Program-made: the position numbers and the translations under genes | Shown here: in pieces, positions 17,214 through 27,166 of the stretch | How positions within the stretch are numbered: the first letter of the stretch is position 1 | Layout of the letters: every line of letters starts with the position of its first letter | Source: an uncultured Verrucomicrobia subdivision 3 bacterium | Lineage (GTDB): Bacteria > Verrucomicrobiota > Verrucomicrobiia > Limisphaerales > UBA11358 | Direction of reading: 5' to 3' | DNA length: 64,000 bases | NCBI GenBank assembly: GCA_903895255.1 | Contig: CAITTG010000035.1 | Span: 26,714-90,713, forward strand | The notes under the pieces: model-generated | Databases searched by the model: none | Seen by the model: only the letters and a program-made list of their open reading frames with translations | What the model was told of the DNA's origin: nothing

Positions 17214-18650
17214 ATGTTAAAAAATTATTCGCTCAACGGCGGGTTTGATGAAATGATTGACGCCCAGAGCGGGGTGCGACCGCACTACCGGAAGTTTCAA
17301 GAATTGTTCAGCACAATGACGCCCATGGAGTTTGAGGCCAAGCGCCAGGCGATTGATGCCGCCTTTCTGCGCCAGGGGGTCACCTTTAATGTCTACGGCG
17401 ATTCCCAAGGCGCGGAGAAAATCTTCCCTTTTGACCTGCTGCCCCGGATCATACCTGCCAAGGAATGGGAGCATTTGGAGCGCGGTCTGGCGCAGCGCAT
17501 CACCGCCCTGAACCTGTTCCTGCATGATATTTATCATGATCAGAAAATCCTGAAGGACGGAGTGATTCCGGAATTCTATGTGCTTTCCGCCCGCCATTTC
17601 CGCCGGGAATTTGTGAATTTTGAAGTGCCCAAGGGTATCTATATACACATTTGCGGCACGGATTTGATCCGGGACAAGGATGGCAATTACCTGGTGCTGG
17701 AGGATAATGGGCGCTGTCCCTCCGGCGTGAGTTATGTTTTGGAAAACCGCCGGGCCATGAAGCGGGCGTTTCCGCAAATGTTTGAGGGAGTGGGGGTGCA
17801 GTCGGTGGAGAATTATCCCCAGGAATTGCTCAAGAGCCTCCGTTACATCGCCCCCGCCGGGGTGGATGATCCCACAGTGGTGCTGCTGACCCCCGGGGTT
17901 TATAACAGTGCTTATTTTGAGCATACCTACCTGGCGCGGCAGATGGGTATTGAAATTGTGGAGGGCCGCGATTTGCTGGTGCGCAATTCCCGTGTGCTGA
18001 TGCGCACAACGAAGGGCTTGAAACCGGTGCATGTGATTTACCGGCGCATTGATGACGATTTTATTGATCCCACGGTGTTCCGCCGCGACTCGATGCTCGG
18101 CGTGCCGGGCCTCATTAATGCCTACCGGGCCGGCAATGTTTCCCTGGCCAATTCCATTGGCACGGGCATCGCGGACGACAAGGTGATGTATTATTTTGTG
18201 CCGCGCATGATCAAGTATTATCTCGATCAGGAACCCATCCTGCCCAATGTGCCCACGTTCCTGGCGAGCGAGCCGACCGACATGAAGTACATCATGGAAC
18301 ACCTGCCGGAGTTGGTCGTCAAGGCGGCCAACGAATCCGGCGGTTACGGCATGCTGATGGGACCCAAGGCTTCCAAGGCGGAAGTGGAGGCCTTCCGCGA
18401 ACGCATTATTGCGGAACCCCGCAATTACATTGCCCAGCCGATGATTTTCCTGTCCCAACACCCGACTTATTGCGACGATACCTTTGATGGCCGCCATGTG
18501 GATCTGCGCCCGTTTATCTTGTCTGGCGAGCGCATCAGCATTATCCCCGGCGGTTTGACCCGGGTGGCGTTGCGCAAGGGCTCGCTGGTGGTGAACTCCT
18601 CGCAGGGCGGGGGGAGCAAAGACACCTGGGTTTTGTATGGCGATGAATAA
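17214..18650 (+). CDS. Circularly permuted type-2 ATP-grasp protein (COG2308 family)
   Basis: Trimmed to the ATG at 17214 ([16 protein letters not shown]...). Conserved blocks [58 protein letters not shown]. First gene of the ATP-grasp/alpha-E/transglutaminase triad. Confidence 0.9.
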   Translation: MLKNYSLNGGFDEMIDAQSGVRPHYRKFQELFSTMTPMEFEAKRQAIDAAFLRQGVTFNVYGDSQGAEKIFPFDLLPRIIPAKEWEHLERGLAQRITALNLFLHDIYHDQKILKDGVIPEFYVLSARHFRREFVNFEVPKGIYIHICGTDLIRDKDGNYLVLEDNGRCPSGVSYVLENRRAMKRAFPQMFEGVGVQSVENYPQELLKSLRYIAPAGVDDPTVVLLTPGVYNSAYFEHTYLARQMGIEIVEGRDLLVRNSRVLMRTTKGLKPVHVIYRRIDDDFIDPTVFRRDSMLGVPGLINAYRAGNVSLANSIGTGIADDKVMYYFVPRMIKYYLDQEPILPNVPTFLASEPTDMKYIMEHLPELVVKAANESGGYGMLMGPKASKAEVEAFRERIIAEPRNYIAQPMIFLSQHPTYCDDTFDGRHVDLRPFILSGERISIIPGGLTRVALRKGSLVVNSSQGGGSKDTWVLYGDE

Positions 18651-18686
18651 CTCAACCGACTGGAAATTTACCATTAAATTATTGTC

Positions 18687-19715
18687 ATGTTAAGCCGCGT
18701 TGCCTGCTCGCTCTATTGGATGGCCCGTCATATTGAACGGGCCGAAAACATCGCCCGGATCGTGGACGTCAACCTGCAGTTGCTGCTGGACATGCGGCAC
18801 CTGGATGAGAAAAAGCTGGCTGAATACTGGCTGCCCATCGTCCAGGCCACGGGCGACGAGGAAGCCTTCTTCAAACTGCACCCCCGGCCCACCGCCCAGG
18901 CGGTCACGGAATTTCTGGTGTTTCAAAATGAAAACCCGAATTCCATCGTGCAATCCATCTGCCAGGCGCGTGAAAACGCCCGCATGGTGCGCGACCAGAT
19001 CACCCAGGAAATCTGGGAGGAACTCAACCGCCTCTACCTCTTTATCCGCTCCCCCCATGCGCGCGAAGTGTGGCGCCGCAGCCCCAGCGAATTCTTTCAA
19101 GAGGTCAAGGCCGGGTCCTTGCATTTTATCGGGATTGCCAACGCCACGTTGATTCACAACGAAGGCTGGTGGTTTGTGCAGACGGGGCAGTTCATTGAGC
19201 GCGCGGACAAAACCACGCGTATTCTGGATGTGCGCTACGAAACCATTCCGGAACGCGGCACCCCCAAAGCCATCACCCAGAGCAACTCCTTGGAATGGTC
19301 GGCCGTCCTGCGTTCCTGCAGCGCCTGGGATGCCTACAAATCCCTTTATGGGGCGGATGTGCATCCCCGCGAAGTGGCGGAGTTTCTGCTGCTGGACGAT
19401 ACCTTTCCCCGGTCCCTGCGCTTTTGCGTGGCGGAGTTAAACCGGGCGGTCCGCCGGATTTCCGGCGTGTCCGAGGGGCATTTTGTCAACAACGCCGAAA
19501 AACTGACCGGCCGGTTGCTCGCCGAGTTGCAGTTCGGCACCATCGAGGAGATCTTTGACATTGGCCTGCACAAATATCTGGACGACGTCCAACTCAAACT
19601 TAATAACATTGGCGAGGCGCTTTTCCAGGCGTACATTTTCCAGTCTTTCCTAAATCCGGATGCGGAACACATGGTGCAACAAGAGGAGCAACAGCAACAA
19701 TCCTTGCGGCCTTGA
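18687..19715 (+). CDS. Alpha-E domain protein (COG2307 family)
   Basis: 342 aa. MLSRVACSLYWMARHIERAENIARIVDVN is the characteristic alpha-E N-terminus. Confidence 0.85.
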   Translation: MLSRVACSLYWMARHIERAENIARIVDVNLQLLLDMRHLDEKKLAEYWLPIVQATGDEEAFFKLHPRPTAQAVTEFLVFQNENPNSIVQSICQARENARMVRDQITQEIWEELNRLYLFIRSPHAREVWRRSPSEFFQEVKAGSLHFIGIANATLIHNEGWWFVQTGQFIERADKTTRILDVRYETIPERGTPKAITQSNSLEWSAVLRSCSAWDAYKSLYGADVHPREVAEFLLLDDTFPRSLRFCVAELNRAVRRISGVSEGHFVNNAEKLTGRLLAELQFGTIEEIFDIGLHKYLDDVQLKLNNIGEALFQAYIFQSFLNPDAEHMVQQEEQQQQSLRP

Positions 19716-19724
19716 GTTGTTCTC

Positions 19725-20555
19725 ATGAGATATGACATCTTGCACAGCACCCGCTACGTGTATGCGTCAGCGGTGCGGGACAGCTTTAATGACGTCCGGC
19801 TGCATCCGGTTCCCAACCCGGATCAGACGGTGGAGTCTTTTTTATTAAAGGTGCTGCCCGCTGCGCGACTGAGCCATTACGTGGATTTTTACCGGAACTG
19901 GGTGCATCACTTTGAGATTCCCGAGACGCATGCCTATTTGCTGATTGAAAGCCGCTCCCGGGTCACCACCCACCCGCCGCCGCCGCTCTCCGTTTCCGAG
20001 CCGGTTTGTTCATTTGATAAATTGGTGGAGGCCAACAACGTGGAACGTTGCTTTGATTATTTGCAGAGCAGCCGGTACATCGAGATTGAAACCGAGGTCT
20101 GGCGGCTGGCGGTGGATGCCACCATGGGCAAAAAGGATGTCTGGCACGCCATTGTGGCCCTCATGGAATTTGTGCATGGTTATCTCAAGTACGAGTCCAA
20201 GTCCACCCATGTGCACACGCACATGCGCGAGGTGCTCAAAGAGCGGCGCGGGGTGTGCCAGGATTTCGCGCACCTGATGATCGGGCTGTGCCGGTCGCTG
20301 AAAATTCCCGCGCGATATATCAGTGGTTATCTGGCCACGGAGGATGCCAGCGCGACGCACGCGTGGGTGGAGGCCTTCGTGCCCGGCGTCGGCTGGCGTG
20401 CGCTGGACCCCACGCACAACCGGCAGATGGATGGCACGTACGTGAAAATCGGGCACGGGCGGGATTACGCGGATGTGCCGCCGATCGCGGGGAATTACCG
20501 GGGGACGCTGGAACGGACGATGACGGTGGAGGTGAAGATCACGCCGGTGGTGTGA
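19725..20555 (+). CDS. Transglutaminase-like cysteine peptidase family protein (COG1305) with N-terminal Bact_transglu_N-type domain
   Basis: 276 aa. RRGVCQDFAHLMIGLCRSLKIPARYISGY (catalytic Cys), HAWVEAF (His), GWRALDPTH (Asp). Confidence 0.9.
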   Translation: MRYDILHSTRYVYASAVRDSFNDVRLHPVPNPDQTVESFLLKVLPAARLSHYVDFYRNWVHHFEIPETHAYLLIESRSRVTTHPPPPLSVSEPVCSFDKLVEANNVERCFDYLQSSRYIEIETEVWRLAVDATMGKKDVWHAIVALMEFVHGYLKYESKSTHVHTHMREVLKERRGVCQDFAHLMIGLCRSLKIPARYISGYLATEDASATHAWVEAFVPGVGWRALDPTHNRQMDGTYVKIGHGRDYADVPPIAGNYRGTLERTMTVEVKITPVV

Positions 20556-20593
20556 GGGTGGCGGTCACAATGGTAAATAGTTTTGGTGCATGG

Positions 20594-20998
20594 TTAGAGC
20601 AAGGCAGCATAGATCCGAAGCCAAAACCCTGATTGTCCATTGTTGGACATGTAAATGTAACAGCGATGAACGCGACTGCGCTGCCTTAGAAAGCGCAAGG
20701 CGTGACCGCTATAATATTGGCCATTCATGTAATGATGGCCAAAACGTGCGAGCACCGAACGTAAACTGCCGAGTGAAGGGGAGATGGCAATTTCAATCTC
20801 GTGCGTCCGAATTCCCCCGTGGCTTGGCTCGATCCGCCAACTTACGGATTGATCTGAACTTGTTTTCTCGGCGCAAAGCAACCCAGTGTCATAACTTAGT
20901 AAACTTGTAAGCACCATATCTGCAAAACCGGAAGGATCCTCCTCATTTCCAGAAAGCTCTGGCAACTGCCTAATTTCTGGAACATAGAAACAATCCAT
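20594..20998 (-). CDS. Hypothetical protein in an AT-richer island
   Basis: 134-aa ORF with no recognisable domain. Coding status uncertain. Confidence 0.3.
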   Translation of the reverse strand: MDCFYVPEIRQLPELSGNEEDPSGFADMVLTSLLSYDTGLLCAEKTSSDQSVSWRIEPSHGGIRTHEIEIAISPSLGSLRSVLARFGHHYMNGQYYSGHALRFLRQRSRVHRCYIYMSNNGQSGFWLRIYAALL

Positions 20999-21134
20999 AT
21001 AGCATATATGTTCTGAGCGCTTTAAGTTTGCCGCAAGATTTTGCTTCAGAAGGCGATACTAATTCGGGTGTGGAGATTTGTCGAATATCGTTTTGTTATT
21101 TGCAAGTTACCAAACAATTGTCGGAAAACTCACA

Positions 21135-21310
21135 CCAACCTGGAGTGTCTAATGATTGGTTGGTAACAGCAAAAGCGGCAGAGGACTGCGCGCACTCCAG
21201 GACGCTATTGCGCGGTCGGATAATCGCCAGCACGGGGTGCATTGCCAGACTATGAACGCCTTGCGGATTAACAATCCGCGATACAGCCGACTGCCAGTCG
21301 GCGCTACGAC
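21135..21310. repeat. Dispersed-repeat element (GC hairpins followed by GCTAC; CACTCCAGG motif)
   Basis: CCTGGAGTG (21138-21146) / CACTCCAGG (21193-21201) inverted pair. Hairpins GCGGATT/AATCCGC (21263-21279) and GCCGACT/AGTCGGC (21286-21302), then GCTACG. The same motif grammar occurs at 28862-29050, 32540-32620 and 36170-36300. Confidence 0.4.
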
Positions 21311-21414
21311 CGCCAGCGCCTAAAGGACCGGTTCGTGGCGATTATTTAAAATTAAAATGGGCTGCGCGTTATTTGCGCGCAACCCATTTGGTTAATTAGA
21401 TGGCGATGGACGGT

Positions 21415-23217
21415 TCAGGCCATGCCCATGCTGAGGAGGAATTCGATGTTGCTGCGGGTCTTTTTCAGTTTGCCGAGCAGGAGGTCCATGGCTTCCACAG
21501 GGGGCACGCCGGTGAGGGCGCGGCGCAGCATGACCACGCGGGTGGATTCGTCCGGATGATAGAGCAGTTCCTCTTTGCGGGTGCCGGAGCGTTCGATGTT
21601 GATCGAGGGGAAGATACGGCGGTCCACCAGGGCGCGGTCCAAATGCACTTCCATGTTGCCGGTGCCCTTGAACTCTTCAAAGATCACTTCATCCATGCGG
21701 GAGCCGGTGTCCACCAGGGCCGTGGCCATGATGGTGAGGGAGCCGCCTTCTTCGATGTTACGCGCGGCGCCAAAGAAGCGCTTGGGCTTGTGCAGCGCAT
21801 TGGCGTCCACACCGCCGGAAAGAATCTTGCCGGAGTGCGGTTGCACGGTGTTGTAGGCGCGGGCGAGGCGGGTGATGGAGTCGAGCAGAATCACGACGTC
21901 GCGCTTGTGTTCGATCATGCGTTTGGCCTTTTCGATCACCATTTCGGCGACCTGCACATGGCGCTCCGGCGGTTCATCGAAGGTGGAGGAGATGACCTCG
22001 GCGCCTTTGCAACTGCGCTCCATGTCGGTGACTTCCTCGGGGCGTTCGTCAATCAGGAGGATGAACAGATAGGTCTCGGGATTGTTTTTGAGGATCGCGT
22101 TGGCGATCTTCTGCATCATCACGGTTTTGCCGGTGCGGGGCGGGGCGACGATCAGGCCGCGGGTTCCCTTGCCGATGGGGCAGACCAGGTCCAGCACGCG
22201 GGTGCTCAACTCGTCGGCAGCAGTTTCGAGAATGAACCGGCGGTTGGGGAACAGCGGCGTGAGATTTTCGAAATGCGTCTTGTCCTTGGCCTTGTCCGGC
22301 TCCTCGCCATCCACGGCCTCGACCTTGAGGAGGGCAAAAAACTTTTCCTTTTCCTTCGGCGGGCGGATCTGGCCGGCAATCAAATTACCGGTCTGCAAAT
22401 CAAACCGGCGGATCTGGGACGGCGAGATGTAAATGTCCTCGGGGCAGGGCAGGTAGTTGAAACTCTGGGAACGCAGAAAGCCGAAGCCTTCGGGCAGCAC
22501 TTCGAGCACGCCTTCGGAAAACAGCACGCCGGCGCGCTCGGCATTCTTTTGCAGAATGTGAAAAATGACCTCGTGCTTGCGCATGGTCCCGAAGTTTTCA
22601 ACATTCAGCTCCTTGGCCATGTTGTTCAGGTCGGTCATGCTCATCGCCTGCAACTTGGCGATGTTGATGGAAGTCGCAATACGATCGCGCTGGTTGGCCG
22701 GAAGGGCGCGACGATCTTCCGGGCTGTCATCTTCGCTGACTTCGACCGGGGTGGAGGGCGGGCGCAAGGTGTCTGAACCCGCCGGTTCCATGGGCCGGGG
22801 AGCCGGAGCCGGGGCTGGGGCTTTGAAAGGCGCGGGGGCGGGCACCACGGGAGCGGGCCGGGGAGCCACGGGCGCCGGGGCGGTCGGGACCGGACGGACG
22901 GCGGCGGGCGTCAATTTTTCCGGGGCGGGCCGGGGTGCCGGCTTAAAGGGGGCGGGCCTGGTTGGCGGTTGTACGCGCGGTGATTCCACTGGCACGGGTG
23001 CTTTGCTTTTGGCCTTTACTTCCGGGGCCACGGGCGTCGGTTCAACCACCGGGGCTGGGGTCGGGGCCGGAGCTGGTTCGGGAGCGGCGATCACCGCAGG
23101 TTCCACCAGCGGGGTGGGCTTGGATTCCAAATCCAGGGACGGCGTCAATTCAGCCGTTTCCGCCGCCTTTTTTGCGGTGGTCTTTTTCGTCGGTTTTTTC
23201 GTTGCAACTCTGGCCAT
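21415..23217 (-). CDS. rho: Transcription termination factor Rho with ~180 aa Pro/Ala-rich N-terminal extension
   Basis: ATG at 23217 (the track starts at a TTG two codons upstream). Canonical Rho begins near [22 protein letters not shown]. Motifs GFGFLR, PPRTGKT (Walker A), RLARAYN, and the C-terminal end of Rho. Confidence 0.95.
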   Translation of the reverse strand: MARVATKKPTKKTTAKKAAETAELTPSLDLESKPTPLVEPAVIAAPEPAPAPTPAPVVEPTPVAPEVKAKSKAPVPVESPRVQPPTRPAPFKPAPRPAPEKLTPAAVRPVPTAPAPVAPRPAPVVPAPAPFKAPAPAPAPRPMEPAGSDTLRPPSTPVEVSEDDSPEDRRALPANQRDRIATSINIAKLQAMSMTDLNNMAKELNVENFGTMRKHEVIFHILQKNAERAGVLFSEGVLEVLPEGFGFLRSQSFNYLPCPEDIYISPSQIRRFDLQTGNLIAGQIRPPKEKEKFFALLKVEAVDGEEPDKAKDKTHFENLTPLFPNRRFILETAADELSTRVLDLVCPIGKGTRGLIVAPPRTGKTVMMQKIANAILKNNPETYLFILLIDERPEEVTDMERSCKGAEVISSTFDEPPERHVQVAEMVIEKAKRMIEHKRDVVILLDSITRLARAYNTVQPHSGKILSGGVDANALHKPKRFFGAARNIEEGGSLTIMATALVDTGSRMDEVIFEEFKGTGNMEVHLDRALVDRRIFPSINIERSGTRKEELLYHPDESTRVVMLRRALTGVPPVEAMDLLLGKLKKTRSNIEFLLSMGMA

Positions 23218-23385
23218 AAACAAAAGTATCGATAATTAACTGGAATCCAATTATTTGCCGGTGGAACAGTCGTCACGCATTGGACGGCGTGCGACCGGAA
23301 TAGTTCAATTTGATTATTTCAACCGGAGCGTTTGAGGCGGTCTTGCCTCACAACGACAAGGGGAATTTCGCAGTCAAGTCTCCGT

Positions 23386-23414
23386 AGTATCCCTCACCGG
23401 GAGGTGAGTGTCAA
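23386..23414 (-). promoter_or_regulatory. Candidate rho promoter
   Basis: On the minus strand: TTGACA (23414-23409), 17 nt, GATACT (23391-23386). Leaves a leader of about 150 nt. Confidence 0.35.
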
Positions 23415-23474
23415 ATACTTTGTCGTATCCAAATTAGCGTGGCGAAGAGATGAAAGTCGAAGGCTGCTGCCATT

Positions 23475-23507
23475 AAAAAACGGCGCCGGAATTTAAATCC
23501 GGCGCCG
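23475..23507 (-). terminator. Rho-independent terminator of the phosphatase-rpiB-glyA gene
   Basis: Minus-strand stem CGGCGCCGGA / TCCGGCGCCG with a 7-nt loop, followed by TTTTTT, 19 nt after the stop at 23526. Confidence 0.75.
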
Positions 23508-23525
23508 TTCGTGATAATGATTCCA

Positions 23526-25700
23526 TCAATATGGCAGCGGGAAACGAGCCGTCAACTCCCGTACGCGCTGGTGGACATTCCCGGCGGCTTCCACATTTTT
23601 GACATCCAGCAACACCTCCGAAATCATGTCCGCAATGGCGGCCATTTCGGCTTCTTTCATGCCGCGGGTGGTGACGGCCGGGGTGCCGAGGCGAATGCCG
23701 CTGGCCTGGAAGGGCGAGCGCGTTTCCCCGGGGATGGTGTTCTTGTTCACCGTGATGCCGGCGGCGTCGAGGGCGATCTGGGCGTCCTTGCCCGTCACAT
23801 TTTTCGCGCCCACGTCCACGAGCATGAGATGATTGTCAGTGCCACCGCTGACGAGGCGGTAGCCATTGCGCTGCATCCCGGCGGCCAGGGCGGCGGCATT
23901 TTTTACCACTTGCTGTTGATAGGTCTTGAAGCCGGGTTGCAGGGCCTCATGAAAACAGACGGCCTTGCCCGCAATCACGTGCTCCAGCGGACCGCCCTGA
24001 ATCCCGGGAAACACCTGCGAATCAATTTCCTTCGCATATTTTTCGCGGCACAAAATCAAGCCTCCGCGCGGCCCGCGGAGCGTCTTGTGCGTGGTGGTGG
24101 TCACGAAATCAGCATGCTCAATAGGGCTGGGATGGATGCCTGCCGCCACCAGACCCGCGATATGCGCGATGTCCGCCAGCAGATAAGCGCCGACTTCCTT
24201 CGCAATCTCGCCCATGCGCGCGAAATCGATGGTCCGGGGATAGGCACTGGCGCCCACGGTGATCATGCGCGGCTGGTGCTCCCGCGCCATCGCCGCCAGT
24301 TGGTCGTAGTCAATCCGCTCATCGCCCGGACGCACGCCGTAGTGCACAATTTCAAAAAATTTACCCGAGAAATTCGCCTTGTTCCCGTGGGTCAAATGAC
24401 CGCCGTGGCTCAAGTCCATCGTCAGCATCTTGTCGCCCGGCTTCAGAAAGGCGAAGTACACGGCCATGTTGGCACCCGAACCCGAGTGGGGCTGGACGTT
24501 CGCATGCTCGGCCCCAAACAGCTTTTTCGCGCGGTCAATCGCCAGTTGTTCGATCACATCAATGTTCTCGCAACCACCGTACCAGCGCTTCTTCGGATAA
24601 CCCTCGGCGTATTTGTTGGTCAGCACCGAACCCTGGGCTTCCATCACGGCCGGACTGGTGAAGTTTTCCGAGGCAATCAACTCAATGTTTTCCTGCTGGC
24701 GCAGGCGTTCATGCTCCACGGATTCCGACACCGCCGGATCCACATTGCGCAAGCGCCACTCCGGCGCGGCAAAATGGCTGTCCAGCTTGTTTACCCGGCG
24801 CTCGTGCCGGCCGCCCTCGAATTCCGCCGCCAGGAAAGTGTCCAGGATTTTCACGCCCTGCTCCGGCGTGGTGAGCCGCTGGCCCAGGCACAGGATGTTG
24901 GCATCGTTGTGCTGGCGGCTGAGCGACGCCATTTGCTCATTGACGACCAGCGCGGCCCGGATGCCGGCATATTTGTTCGCCGAAATGCTCATGCCAATGC
25001 CCGTGGTGCAGACCAGCAGGCCGAATTCCGCCTGGCCGGTGTTCACCGTTTCCGCCACGGTTTTGGCAAAGTCCGGATAATCCACCGATTCCTTGGATTG
25101 GGTGCCAAAGTCCCGGAAGGTGACGCCGCGCTTTTCCAGATGCGCTTTGAGGGCTTCCTTCAGTTCAAACCCGCCGTGGTCCGCGCCGATCGCAAATTTG
25201 GTGATGGCGGCGGTGCTGGCGGCCTGGGGTCCGTGCAAGACATGATGTTGTTCCATAAAATGCAAAAGCGAGGCAATGCCCTGCTCAATCTGGTCGCGGG
25301 TGTTGAGATAAACCTGATACGACCCGCCGATCGGGTCGCTGATGTCTTTCTCATATGGCTCCAGGGTTTCATCGAATTCCCGGACCAAAAATGCCTTCTC
25401 CGCCATTTGCGGGTACATGAGGGCAATCGTTTCCACATGACTGTGGGTCATGCCAAAAATATAATCGGCCTGGCGGACCAGGTCGGCCGTGAGCATGCGG
25501 CTGCGCTGGCCGGAAATATCGATGCCCAGCTCGCGCATCGCGCGAACGGAATGCGGTGTCGGCGGCTGGCCATCCAGGGCCCCCAGCCCGGCGGACAGCA
25601 CCCGGAACTGGCCCCGTCCCCGCACCGCCTCGCGGAACAGCCCCTCGGCCATCGGGCTGCGACAAACATTGCCGGTGCAAATGAATAAAATGGTTTTCAT
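23526..25700 (-). CDS. glyA: Tri-domain fusion: low-molecular-weight protein phosphatase + ribose-5-phosphate isomerase B + serine hydroxymethyltransferase
   Basis: Single uninterrupted ORF, trimmed to the ATG at 25700 ([20 protein letters not shown], the CX5R(S/T) phosphatase loop). RpiB/LacAB block [14 protein letters not shown]...[20 protein letters not shown] block [30 protein letters not shown]...[14 protein letters not shown]. Confidence 0.9.
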   Translation of the reverse strand: MKTILFICTGNVCRSPMAEGLFREAVRGRGQFRVLSAGLGALDGQPPTPHSVRAMRELGIDISGQRSRMLTADLVRQADYIFGMTHSHVETIALMYPQMAEKAFLVREFDETLEPYEKDISDPIGGSYQVYLNTRDQIEQGIASLLHFMEQHHVLHGPQAASTAAITKFAIGADHGGFELKEALKAHLEKRGVTFRDFGTQSKESVDYPDFAKTVAETVNTGQAEFGLLVCTTGIGMSISANKYAGIRAALVVNEQMASLSRQHNDANILCLGQRLTTPEQGVKILDTFLAAEFEGGRHERRVNKLDSHFAAPEWRLRNVDPAVSESVEHERLRQQENIELIASENFTSPAVMEAQGSVLTNKYAEGYPKKRWYGGCENIDVIEQLAIDRAKKLFGAEHANVQPHSGSGANMAVYFAFLKPGDKMLTMDLSHGGHLTHGNKANFSGKFFEIVHYGVRPGDERIDYDQLAAMAREHQPRMITVGASAYPRTIDFARMGEIAKEVGAYLLADIAHIAGLVAAGIHPSPIEHADFVTTTTHKTLRGPRGGLILCREKYAKEIDSQVFPGIQGGPLEHVIAGKAVCFHEALQPGFKTYQQQVVKNAAALAAGMQRNGYRLVSGGTDNHLMLVDVGAKNVTGKDAQIALDAAGITVNKNTIPGETRSPFQASGIRLGTPAVTTRGMKEAEMAAIADMISEVLLDVKNVEAAGNVHQRVRELTARFPLPY

Positions 25701-25750
25701 CTCGCGAAAAAAACAGGGTGAATTGGCCGGGGCCAATCGTCAACTTGAAA

Positions 25751-26725
25751 TCATGGGTGGTTAACCCGCACCACCGCCAGTCCCTCCACCAAATCCACCG
25801 CGCGGGCCAGCACGGGATCCCGCAACACGGGCGGCGCGAGCTCGGTTTTTACGGGGGGTTCCGGGTTTTCGTCGCCATCGCCGTCTTTGCGCTTTTGCCG
25901 CACCAAATCCGCCTCGGAGGTATGATCGAGCAGTGGGGTCAGGCTGTTCGTGCCGTTATCCGCGGCTGCCTCGGCCGGAACCGCCGGGCCGTAAGGGTTG
26001 GCCAGGTAACCACGTTCCGCATCCAGGCTCACGGGAATGATAATATCGGGTTGCAATTGAGCCAGTTGCGCGCCGTGCCATTGCACCGGGGTGGTGGCCA
26101 CGCGCAGCCGCAGACCGTTCGTCAGGGGGAAATCTTCGGTGGTAAGCGCCAGCCCGGCTGTCGGATTGCCCAGAAGCAACGCCCCCGCCTCATGCAATTC
26201 GGCCGCCAGCAATTCGGCCGCGCCCCGGGTCGCACTATTGACCAGAATGACCAAGGGACTTTTATCCGGGGCGAGGAGCCCCGCGGCTTCTTTGACCGTT
26301 CCGAAGTCGTCGCCGGCGGAAAATCGTAAATCCAAAATCGTGCCCACCGGTTTGTTGGTGGCCGCCACGGAAAGATTGGCCGTCCGTAACTGATCGGCCA
26401 GCACGTTGGCCAGGGAATCGGTCAACCGGCTGACATGCAGGTAGATTACGGTGTGGTCCAGCAACATGGCTTTGTCGGTCAAGTCATTCGTGGCCGGGGC
26501 CACTTGGTCGCCGACCAAGGCAGCGCGGCCGTTCAGTTGGGACAGCAGCCCCGCGACCGCCGCTTGGTTCAGGCTCGCATCCGTCGCCCCGGGAAGATGG
26601 GCGCGGAGCAAATCGTACACTTCCTTGAAATCCGGAGATGAATTGGTGGCGGACTCCGCCAGCAGGCTGCCCGCCAGCAACAAACTGGCAGCCGTCGTGA
26701 AAAGCAAGTTGCCGCGCAACATCAT
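25751..26725 (-). CDS. Secreted S41 (C-terminal processing peptidase)-like protein, probably non-catalytic
   Basis: Trimmed to the ATG at 26725 (MMLRGNLLFTTAASLLLAGSLLAE signal). ILDLRFSAGDDF and LVILVNSATRGAAELLAAEL resemble the S41 core, but the TFGKG Lys position reads PTAGLA. Confidence 0.6.
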   Translation of the reverse strand: MMLRGNLLFTTAASLLLAGSLLAESATNSSPDFKEVYDLLRAHLPGATDASLNQAAVAGLLSQLNGRAALVGDQVAPATNDLTDKAMLLDHTVIYLHVSRLTDSLANVLADQLRTANLSVAATNKPVGTILDLRFSAGDDFGTVKEAAGLLAPDKSPLVILVNSATRGAAELLAAELHEAGALLLGNPTAGLALTTEDFPLTNGLRLRVATTPVQWHGAQLAQLQPDIIIPVSLDAERGYLANPYGPAVPAEAAADNGTNSLTPLLDHTSEADLVRQKRKDGDGDENPEPPVKTELAPPVLRDPVLARAVDLVEGLAVVRVNHP

Positions 26726-26878
26726 GTTGACTTGAAAATGCGCCACCCCGGTCCAAAAGTAAAGGTTGAGTCCGCTGGAAATTGCCCGGCGGTCGTTCAA
26801 ATCATGTGACCATGGAGGGACGCCAATTAAGGCTGGAATTGCCGGTGTTTGTGACGGAAGATGGGAGCAGCTTTATTT

Positions 26879-27166
26879 ATGACCAAACCCGCCGCCCATC
26901 CCCGTGATCCTTTGCATGGCATTACTTTGGAAGCCATTCTCAACCAATTGGTGCAGAAGCATGGCTGGCGGGAAATGGCGAGACGTGTTCCGATTCGCTG
27001 TTTCATGTTCAATCCCACGGTAAAATCGAGCCTGACGTTTCTGCGCAAGAATCTTTGGGCGCGGGAGAAGGTGGAGGGATGGTTTATTTCGGAGCTGCCG
27101 GGGAGCGGGGTGGAACCGCCAGCACCCATGAAGGCGTCGGAAATTCCCAAACCCAAAGTCGTGTAA
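26879..27166 (+). CDS. DUF2132 (VF530-like) domain protein
   Basis: DPLHGITLEAILNQLVQKHGWREMARRVPIRCFMFNPTVKSSLTFLRKNLWAREKVE is the DUF2132 signature. Start trimmed to the ATG at 26879. Confidence 0.75.
   Translation: MTKPAAHPRDPLHGITLEAILNQLVQKHGWREMARRVPIRCFMFNPTVKSSLTFLRKNLWAREKVEGWFISELPGSGVEPPAPMKASEIPKPKVV

Noticed and set aside
17217-18674. 485-aa minus-strand ORF
   Set aside because: Antisense to the circularly permuted ATP-grasp gene.
21400-22776. 458-aa plus-strand ORF
   Set aside because: Antisense to rho (Walker A and RNA-binding motifs are on the minus strand).
23511-25688. 725-aa plus-strand ORF
   Set aside because: Antisense to the phosphatase-RpiB-SHMT fusion. Its translation is Arg/Gly/His-rich with no motifs.
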